Source of the DNA: a virus
Taxonomy: Duplodnaviria > Heunggongvirae > Uroviricota > Caudoviricetes
Length of the DNA: 22,813 nucleotides
Strand: one strand, 5' to 3'
Virus record (IMG/VR): IMGVR_UViG_3300029517_000085
Both the position numbers and the translations under genes were made by a program. The notes beneath the pieces are model-generated. The model was not told where the DNA came from, ran no database searches, and was given only the letters and a program-made list of their open reading frames with translations. Positions 17,024 through 22,813 of this stretch are shown here, one piece after another (position 1 is the first letter of the stretch; each line of letters starts with the position of its first letter).

Positions 17024-17923
17024 ATGACAAATACAGCAAAAATACTCAACTTCGGCAGAGGTAACTTTGCCGGACAGGAGCGTAATGTGGCAGATCTCGA
17101 TGATGGTTACGCCAGACTATCAAATATGCTGCTTGAGGCTTATTCGGGCGCAGATCTGACCAAGCGACAGTTTAAAGTGCTGCTTGCCATTCTGCGTAAA
17201 ACCTATGGGTGGAATAAACCAATGGACAGAATCACCGATTCTCAACTTAGCGAGATTACAAAGTTACCTGTCAAACGGTGCAATGAAGCCAAGTTAGAAC
17301 TCGTCAGAATGAATATTATCAAGCAGCAAGGCGGCATGTTTGGACCAAATAAAAACATCTCAGAATGGTGTATCCCTCAAAACGAGGGAAAATCCCCTAA
17401 AACGAGGGATAAAACATCCCTCAAATTGGGGGATTGCTATCCCTCAAAACAGGGGGACACAAAAGACACTATTACAAAAGAAAAAAGAAAAGATTATTCG
17501 TCCGAGAATTCTGGCGAATCCTCTGACCAGCCAGAAAACGATCTTTCTGTGGTTAAACCGGATGCTGCAATTCAGAGCGGCAGTAAGTGGGGAACAGCAG
17601 AAGACCTGACCGCCGCAGAGTGGATGTTTGACATGGTGAAGACCATCGCGCCATCAGCCAGAAAACCGAATTTTGCTGGGTGGGCTAACGATATCCGCCT
17701 GATGCGTGAACGTGACGGACGTAACCACCGCGACATGTGTGTACTGTTCCGCTGGGCATGCCAGGACAACTTCTGGTCCGGTAACGTGCTTAGCCCGGCC
17801 AAACTCCGCGACAAGTGGACCCAGCTCGAAATCAACCGTAACAAGCAACAGGCAGTCGTGACAGCCAGCAAACCAAAACTCGACCTGACAAACACTGACT
17901 GGATTTACGGGGTGGATCTATGA
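17024..17923 (+). CDS. O: Lambda replication initiator O (299 aa)
   Basis: MTNTAKILNFGRGNFAGQERNVADLDDGYARLSNMLLEAYSGADLTKRQFKVLLAILRKTYGWNKP… matches recalled lambda O. Contains the ori iterons. Confidence 0.95.
   Translation: MTNTAKILNFGRGNFAGQERNVADLDDGYARLSNMLLEAYSGADLTKRQFKVLLAILRKTYGWNKPMDRITDSQLSEITKLPVKRCNEAKLELVRMNIIKQQGGMFGPNKNISEWCIPQNEGKSPKTRDKTSLKLGDCYPSKQGDTKDTITKEKRKDYSSENSGESSDQPENDLSVVKPDAAIQSGSKWGTAEDLTAAEWMFDMVKTIAPSARKPNFAGWANDIRLMRERDGRNHRDMCVLFRWACQDNFWSGNVLSPAKLRDKWTQLEINRNKQQAVVTASKPKLDLTNTDWIYGVDL
17372..17500 (+). other. ori: ori-lambda: four ~18-bp O-binding iterons followed by an A/T-rich unwinding region
   Basis: ATCCCTCAAAACGAGGGA, ATCCCCTAAAACGAGGGA, ATCCCTCAAATTGGGGGA and ATCCCTCAAAACAGGGGGA at 17372-17457, then ACAAAAGACACTATTACAAAAGAAAAAAGAAAAGATTATT. 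Confidence 0.9.
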
Positions 17924-18408
17924 AAAACATCGCCGCACAGATGGTTAACTTTGACCGTGAGCAGATGCGTCGGATCGCCAACAACATGCCGGAACAGTAC
18001 GACGAAAAGCCGNNNNNNNNNNTACAGCAGGTAGCGCAGATCATCAACGGTGTGTTCAGCCAGTTACTGGCAACTTTCCCGGCGAGTCTGGCTAACCGTG
18101 ACCAGAACGAACTGAACGAAATCCGCCGCCAGTGGGTTCTGGCTTTCCGGGAAAACGGGATCACCACAATGGAACAGGTTAACGCAGGAATGCGCGTAGC
18201 CCGTCGGCAGAATCGACCATTTCTGCCATCACCCGGGCAGTTTGTTGCATGGTGCCGGGAAGAAGCATCCGTTATCGCCGGACTGCCAAACGTCAGCGAG
18301 CTGGTTGATATGGTTTACGAGTATTGCCGGAAGCGAGGCCTGTATCCGGATGCGGAGTCTTATCCGTGGAAATCAAACGCGCACTACTGGCTGGTTACCA
18401 ACCTGTAA
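17920..18408 (+). CDS. P: Replication protein P, C-terminally truncated (162 aa versus 233 aa recalled for lambda); a 10-nt N run at 18013-18022 masks a few codons
   Basis: MKNIAAQMVNFDREQMRRIANNMPEQYDEKP…SNAHYWLVTNL matches recalled lambda P up to about residue 162, then hits a stop at 18406-18408 where lambda continues (YQNMRANAL…). Confidence 0.8.
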   Translation: MKNIAAQMVNFDREQMRRIANNMPEQYDEKPXXXXQQVAQIINGVFSQLLATFPASLANRDQNELNEIRRQWVLAFRENGITTMEQVNAGMRVARRQNRPFLPSPGQFVAWCREEASVIAGLPNVSELVDMVYEYCRKRGLYPDAESYPWKSNAHYWLVTNL

Positions 18409-18514
18409 AGGGCATGCCAAGCAAGTCGATGCTGCATATGCAAAAGAATGCGCGCTGGAAGGTATGGCGAGAACACAGGTTATCTGGCTGAAAGAGGGGG
18501 TTATTAAGGCGTGA
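18409..18514 (+). pseudogene. 3' remnant of a ybcO-like (DLP12 nin-region) gene fused downstream of truncated P
   Basis: Frame ending at 18514 encodes …[29 protein letters not shown], matching the recalled C-terminus of K-12 YbcO, with no corresponding N-terminal part. Stop overlaps the rusA GTG start (GTGA). Confidence 0.55.
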
Positions 18515-18873
18515 ATACCTACAGCATCACATTACCCTGGCCTCCGAGCAATAATCGCTATTACCGCCATAATCGCGGGCGCACGCACGTCAGCGCAGAG
18601 GGGCAGGCATACCGCGATAACGTCGCCCGAATCATTAAAAACGCAATGCTGGATATCGGCCTGACTATGCCTGTGAAAATCCGCATTGAGTGCCACATGC
18701 CGGATCGCCGTCGCCGTGACCTGGATAATCTGCAAAAAGCCGCTTTTGACGCACTCACTAAAGCAGGTTTCTGGCTGGATGATGCTCAGGTCGTTGATTA
18801 CCGCGTTGTGAAGATGCCTGTTACCAAAGGTGGGAGGCTGGAACTGACCATCACCGAAATGGGGAATGAATGA
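18511..18873 (+). CDS. rusA: RusA Holliday-junction resolvase (120 aa), GTG start
   Basis: [51 protein letters not shown]… matches recalled E. coli DLP12 RusA almost residue for residue. Confidence 0.93.
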   Translation: MNTYSITLPWPPSNNRYYRHNRGRTHVSAEGQAYRDNVARIIKNAMLDIGLTMPVKIRIECHMPDRRRRDLDNLQKAAFDALTKAGFWLDDAQVVDYRVVKMPVTKGGRLELTITEMGNE

Positions 18874-19010
18874 TGTTTGAGTTTAATATGGCAGAACTTC
18901 TTCGCCACCGCTGGGGGCGTCTGCGCTTATATCGTTTCCCCGGTTCTGTTTTGACCGATTACCGAATACTGAAGAATTACGCCAAAACACTGACAGGAGC
19001 AGGAGTATGA
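18870..19010 (+). CDS. ylcG: YlcG-like small protein (46 aa)
   Basis: Hand-translated [46 protein letters not shown] with stop at 19008-19010. Overlaps the rusA stop (ATGA-type). Matches recalled DLP12 ylcG. Confidence 0.7.
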   Translation: MMFEFNMAELLRHRWGRLRLYRFPGSVLTDYRILKNYAKTLTGAGV

Positions 19011-19095
19011 AGTCAGAGATAACAATCAACTAATACTGTTTTGTTGATTTTTGCTTGTAATTGGCGTTCTGGTCTGAGTTTTGTGGAGTAAGTTG

Positions 19096-19473
19096 ATGCG
19101 TGATATTCAGATGGTTCTTGAGCGTTGGGGAGCGTGGGCGGCTAATAATCATGAAGATGTGACCTGGTCGTCCATTGCCGCCGGTTTTAAGGGATTAATT
19201 CCTTCAAAAGTAAAATCTCGCCCACAATGTTGTGACGATGACGCGATGATCATTTGCGGGTGCATGGCCCGTCTGAAAAAGAACAACAGCGATTTGCATG
19301 ATTTATTGGTGGACTATTATGTCGGCGGCATGACTTTTATGGCGCTTGCACGTAAGCATGGGCGATCTGATTGTTGGGTTGGCAGGATGCTTCAGAAAGC
19401 TGAGGGCGTAGTGGAGGGTATGCTGATGGTGTTGGATCTCCGATTGGAGATGGATGCTGATTGTTCGAAATAA
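19096..19473 (+). CDS. Q: Late-gene antiterminator Q (phage 82/DLP12 QuuD-type), ~125 aa from the ATG at 19096
   Basis: [75 protein letters not shown]… matches recalled QuuD. GGAG SD 8 nt upstream of the ATG; the ORF track's TTG start at 19081 is less likely. Confidence 0.88.
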   Translation: MRDIQMVLERWGAWAANNHEDVTWSSIAAGFKGLIPSKVKSRPQCCDDDAMIICGCMARLKKNNSDLHDLLVDYYVGGMTFMALARKHGRSDCWVGRMLQKAEGVVEGMLMVLDLRLEMDADCSK

Positions 19474-19572
19474 TTAAAGGAAAAGTTGCTGTCTGATTGT
19501 CATTAGTCTAACATTTTAAATGTTGGAATCGCAACGTAGTTATTATCATATAACAGCTTGTTTCCTGATTTA
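19474..19572 (+). promoter_or_regulatory. Candidate late promoter pR' with Q-utilisation region (exact -35/-10 not resolved)
   Basis: Positional inference: interval immediately downstream of Q and upstream of a strong intrinsic terminator. Contains TTGGAA…TATCAT-like hexamers with non-ideal spacing. Confidence 0.35.
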
Positions 19573-19600
19573 GCCAGCCTCCCCAAAGGCTGGTTTTTTT
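19573..19600 (+). terminator. Intrinsic terminator (tR'-like on the plus strand; may also terminate convergent blc-like transcription)
   Basis: CCAGCCT-CCCCAA-AGGCTGG followed by TTTTTTT (7 T) on the plus strand. Confidence 0.75.
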
Positions 19601-19628
19601 CTAATAAGTATTATTTCGGGTAGGGATT

Positions 19629-20153
19629 TTATTGTTTAACCCATAATAATTCATTGACATTGAATCCCAACTTTTGAGCGGTTCGCACATAGTCTGCTTT
19701 TACTTTATCTGGAATAGTTGGGGTCCTTGCCAGAATCCATAGGTATTCTCTGTTCGGACCACTGACAAGAGCATACTTATACTCATCATCCAGTTTGATT
19801 ACATTATAGCCACCATAGAAGGGGCCAAAAAACGAAACCTTCAATGCTGCAGTTTTAGTATCTCCAGTAAAGTATGCTTTACCTTCGCTCTCGCTCCATT
19901 TATTTTTCGTTGGATCGTATCCACGGTTAAGTACACGAATCCCTCCGTCGTTCCGTTTTCCATAAGTAGCGCTGACCTGTTCCAGACCACGTTCGAACCG
20001 GTTCTCGAGGCGAGCTATTTCATACCATTTTCCGAGGTAGCGGTTGGCGTCAAAATTTGTAATCGGCTGCACACCTTTAGGTGGTGTCGGGGCCTTACAT
20101 GCTATAAGAGTGAAAGAGAGTGCAATGCCAGTCAACACAGGCCATAACTTCAT
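19629..20153 (-). CDS. Bacterial lipocalin (Blc-like) outer-membrane lipoprotein, 174 aa; prophage cargo
   Basis: Signal peptide with lipobox (LIAC-K). Lipocalin SCR1 motif YLGKWYEIARLENRFE plus …KVSFFGPFYGGYNVI…YLWILARTP resemble recalled E. coli Blc. Opposite strand to the flanking phage late genes. Confidence 0.8.
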   Translation of the reverse strand: MKLWPVLTGIALSFTLIACKAPTPPKGVQPITNFDANRYLGKWYEIARLENRFERGLEQVSATYGKRNDGGIRVLNRGYDPTKNKWSESEGKAYFTGDTKTAALKVSFFGPFYGGYNVIKLDDEYKYALVSGPNREYLWILARTPTIPDKVKADYVRTAQKLGFNVNELLWVKQ

Positions 20154-20345
20154 AATAAATCCTGTACCTTTGATAGTTGAGAGTAAGTATGAAAGATAGA
20201 TGATTACGACCGATCACTTAAAGAACTTTCATACTATATTAGGAATAGTCCATAACAGAAAAATTGTCAGTGATGACGCCAGAAAGGCAATTTATTCCGT
20301 GCACTACACAGTTTATGTGTTAATGAATTAGTCAAGGGGGAGAAT

Positions 20346-21305
20346 ATGATAAAAAAACCTGTGATTGGAATCAGCGGTTGTTTGGCCGGTTCTGCTGTTC
20401 GTTTTGATGGTGGTCACAAAAGAGCTGACTTTTTAATGGACAAATTAGTGGAATGGGTAACATTCAGACCAGTATGTCCGGAAATGGCTATAGGGCTGCC
20501 AGTTCCGCGTCCTGCTCTACGTCTTGTGCGCTCGACGCAAGGAAATATACGGATGTGTTTCAGCCACGACCAGAATGAGGATGTGACAGAGAGAATGACA
20601 GAGTTTAGTCGTTCTTATATGGACAAATTAAAGGATGTATCGGGGTTTGTGGTTTGTGCTAAATCTCCCAGCTGTGGCATGGAGCGCGTGCGTGTCTATG
20701 ATGAAAATGGTAATCGAGGTCGTAAAGATGGAGTGGGACTATTTACGAGCACTTTGATGGAAAAGTTTTCCTGGCTACCGGTTGAAGAGGATGGGCGATT
20801 ACATGATCCAGTGCTTCGTGAGAATTTTATTGAAAGAGTTTTTGCTTTGCATGAGCTCAATCACCTTTACAAGGAGAAATTATCAAGAAGAGAGTTATTA
20901 GCTTTTCATAGTCGTTATAAGCTTCAGTTGTTGGCGCATAGCCAGGCAGGCTATAAAGATATGGGACCATTTGTGGCTGCAATACACGAGTGGGCGGACC
21001 TTGAATCATACTTTGAGGTGTATCGTGATAAGCTGATGGCGATTCTCAGAAAACCTGCATCACGTAAAAATCACACGAATGTGCTGATGCATATACAGGG
21101 GTATTTTAGTAACTACTTAAGTACACGCCAGCGTAAAGAGTTGAGCGAGGTTATACTTAACTATCGTTCTGGCACATTACCTCTTCTTGCGCCGTTGACT
21201 CTGCTGAAGCATTATCTGGGTGAGTATCCTAATGATTACTTGCTTACACAGAATTACTTCGATCCCTATCCGGACGAACTGGCTCTAAGACTGATGGTAA
21301 ATTAA
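20346..21305 (+). CDS. DUF523/DUF1722-like protein (TudS/YbgA-like, possible Fe-S enzyme), 319 aa; prophage cargo
   Basis: N-terminus KPVIGISGCLAGSAVRFDGGHK and conserved Cys (CPE, CAKSPSCG) resemble the recalled DUF523 (thiouracil desulfidase-like) signature. C-terminal half resembles YbgA-like DUF1722. Family call from motif memory only. Confidence 0.5.
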   Translation: MIKKPVIGISGCLAGSAVRFDGGHKRADFLMDKLVEWVTFRPVCPEMAIGLPVPRPALRLVRSTQGNIRMCFSHDQNEDVTERMTEFSRSYMDKLKDVSGFVVCAKSPSCGMERVRVYDENGNRGRKDGVGLFTSTLMEKFSWLPVEEDGRLHDPVLRENFIERVFALHELNHLYKEKLSRRELLAFHSRYKLQLLAHSQAGYKDMGPFVAAIHEWADLESYFEVYRDKLMAILRKPASRKNHTNVLMHIQGYFSNYLSTRQRKELSEVILNYRSGTLPLLAPLTLLKHYLGEYPNDYLLTQNYFDPYPDELALRLMVN

Positions 21306-21647
21306 TTGTATGCGATATCATCCAAAAGGATGAGTTCCTGCATGCAGGATATTTACAATCGTAAAAACTACACTATGATACCCAGAGTGTCAGTTTGTAT
21401 AAAAACTCTGTTTACGCTGAAGAAACAATTGAGATGCAACTTAAAGTTGGTAAACATGCCAGTCAAAATATATAATATTATGATTCCACGCAGCTATATA
21501 TAATATAACGGATTGGTTTAATAATTTGTCTTTGTGAGTTAAATACATAATTTTATACTTGTGATGCAATGAAATTTTCCTTATTGTTGAACTGGCGAAT
21601 ATTGATTTTCCACCTATACTTACCTGGTGTAACCCCAATGATATCAG

Positions 21648-22388
21648 GTGGATAATATGCCATACATATGTTCTATCATTTTGGTGTTGAACTCGTTTGA
21701 TGTCCGAATTGGTAAAGAAGATATTTTGTTTAAAAAAGGAAGTGCTGTTCTCATTGATTACAATTTAAAAGATTTTTTTTCATCAAATATAGATCATGTA
21801 ATGATCGTAGATGTTGAAGAGAAAACAGTTAATGATTTCTTTAAAAGCAACACACTCTCACCTTTTTCTGTAAGAAGGTTTTATCCGGCATACTTGATGG
21901 TGGAATGTGAAGATTTTTCATTGTTAAAGAACTTGATTGCATGCTTGAATTGTGATGGCAGAACTGTGGATTTTGTTAGAAATCAAATATCACTTGCATG
22001 TCTTGCTATCTTATCTTCAGAGAAAATAGTGCAAAGTTTTTTATTTGGATGTCTTAATGGTTTAGGAAGTAAAGTTAAGGCTATTATTCACACGGATATA
22101 TCTGCAGCATGGAGACTTTGTGATATATCTTCAAGACTGTATCTGAGTGAAAGTCTGTTAAAAAGAAAATTAAAGCACGAAGGCTTATCATTTAGTAAGT
22201 TAATTCTTGAAGAGCGAATGGTGATGGCGGAAAGGTTATTAAGCTACAATTTATATTCTGTTGGAAAAGTTGCTGAGATATGCGGTTATGAAAACACGTC
22301 ATATTTTGTAAGTGTTTTCAGAAGGTATTTTGGTGTTCCTCCCCATCAATATTCATCAAGATTTTTTTTAGAAAAAGACATGATGTAA
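21648..22388 (+). CDS. AraC/XylS-family transcriptional regulator (246 aa), AppY/GadX-like; prophage cargo
   Basis: C-terminal dual HTH signature (…LLKRKLKHEGLSFSKLILEERMVMAERLLSYNLYSVGKVAEICGYENTSYFVSVFRRYFGVPPHQY). Very AT-rich gene and upstream region. Confidence 0.8.
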   Translation: MDNMPYICSIILVLNSFDVRIGKEDILFKKGSAVLIDYNLKDFFSSNIDHVMIVDVEEKTVNDFFKSNTLSPFSVRRFYPAYLMVECEDFSLLKNLIACLNCDGRTVDFVRNQISLACLAILSSEKIVQSFLFGCLNGLGSKVKAIIHTDISAAWRLCDISSRLYLSESLLKRKLKHEGLSFSKLILEERMVMAERLLSYNLYSVGKVAEICGYENTSYFVSVFRRYFGVPPHQYSSRFFLEKDMM

Positions 22389-22575
22389 CGTGATGCGTTT
22401 TAATGATTTTGTAATTTTCGTATTTGATAATTGTATGATGCTTTCAGCTACGCCAGAATAATCGCGGCGTTTTTCTTTTTGAATAGATGTTCAAGCCTTA
22501 CGCTAATGTAACTTCTATACCTTTCCTCTTCGTTCCGAACCGTGTACACCATCCGTTATTTGCGGAGGTGAGGCT

Positions 22576-22791
22576 ATGAAATCCATGGATAAGTTAACAA
22601 CGGGCATTGCCTACGGCACCTCCGCAGGCAGTGCTGGCTACTGGTTTTTACAGCTGCTCGATAAAGTCACGCCCTCACAGTGGGCAGCAATAGGTGTGCT
22701 GGGTAGCTTGGTATTTGGCCTGCTGACGTACCTGACAAACCTTTATTTCAAGATTAAAGAAGATAAGCGCAAGGCTGCGAGAGGTGAATAA
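22576..22791 (+). CDS. S: Phage-21-type pinholin S (71 aa) with dual-start motif (antiholin from Met1, holin from Met4)
   Basis: [71 protein letters not shown] closely matches recalled phage 21 S / DLP12 EssD. Two TM segments. Confidence 0.88.
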   Translation: MKSMDKLTTGIAYGTSAGSAGYWFLQLLDKVTPSQWAAIGVLGSLVFGLLTYLTNLYFKIKEDKRKAARGE

Positions 22792-22813
22792 TGCCTCCAT
22801 CATTACGAAAAGC
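22791..22813 (+). CDS. R: Endolysin (SAR-endolysin R21/RrrD-like), 5' fragment only; continues beyond the window
   Basis: ATG overlapping the holin stop (TAATG). First codons MPPSLRK match the recalled N-terminus of DLP12 RrrD / phage 21 R. Confidence 0.6.

Larger units (their letters stand above)
5321..22813. mobile_element. Lambda-like mosaic prophage integrated at attB(lambda); left end and early/immunity/replication/Q/lysis-start regions only, continuing beyond the window
   Basis: attL followed by int, xis, exo, bet, gam, kil, cIII, ea10, ral, N, cI, cro, cII, O, P, rusA, Q and holin in canonical lambdoid order and orientation. Confidence 0.9.

Noticed and set aside
18242-18514. 90-aa plus-strand ORF overlapping the 3' end of P
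   Set aside because: Chimeric frame: its first two-thirds is an out-of-frame read through the P coding sequence. Only the last ~28 codons (the ybcO remnant) are meaningful, and these are annotated as a pseudogene.
21306-21638. Two ~65-aa ORFs (21306-21503 plus strand, 21441-21638 minus strand) in the AT-rich interval
   Set aside because: Extremely AT-rich, low-complexity (Ile/Lys/Tyr/Asn-rich) translations without RBS. More plausibly a promoter/regulatory region for the AraC-family gene.

Overview
This window is an Escherichia coli-type chromosomal segment ending at the classical lambda attB locus, followed by the left ~17.5 kb of an integrated lambda-like mosaic prophage that runs off the window's right edge. 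Host genes: ybhI (5' partial), ybhJ, a REP/BIME cluster and ybhC (minus strand). The prophage begins at an attL with the lambda core GCTTTTTTATACTAA (5321-5335) and carries int, xis, a variable accessory region, lambda-type exo/bet/gam/kil/cIII/ea10/ral, a P22-type N with matching nutL/nutR boxB hairpins, a non-lambda immunity region (cI, cro, cII), lambda O with ori iterons, a C-terminally truncated P fused to a DLP12-like ybcO remnant, then rusA, ylcG, a Q antiterminator, a cargo island (lipocalin Blc homologue, DUF523/DUF1722-like protein, AraC-family regulator) and a phage-21-type pinholin plus the start of an endolysin. The most interesting locus is a two-gene cassette of unrecognised proteins (14171-15477, minus strand) sitting exactly where rexA/rexB sit in lambda, between cI and pL/N, with its own intrinsic terminator; it is a candidate novel prophage-encoded exclusion/defence module. 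All protein identifications rest on my recall of reference sequences and on motif reading, not on database searches. Two N runs (9992-10032, 18013-18022) hide sequence. No CRISPR array, tRNA/rRNA gene or IS element was seen.
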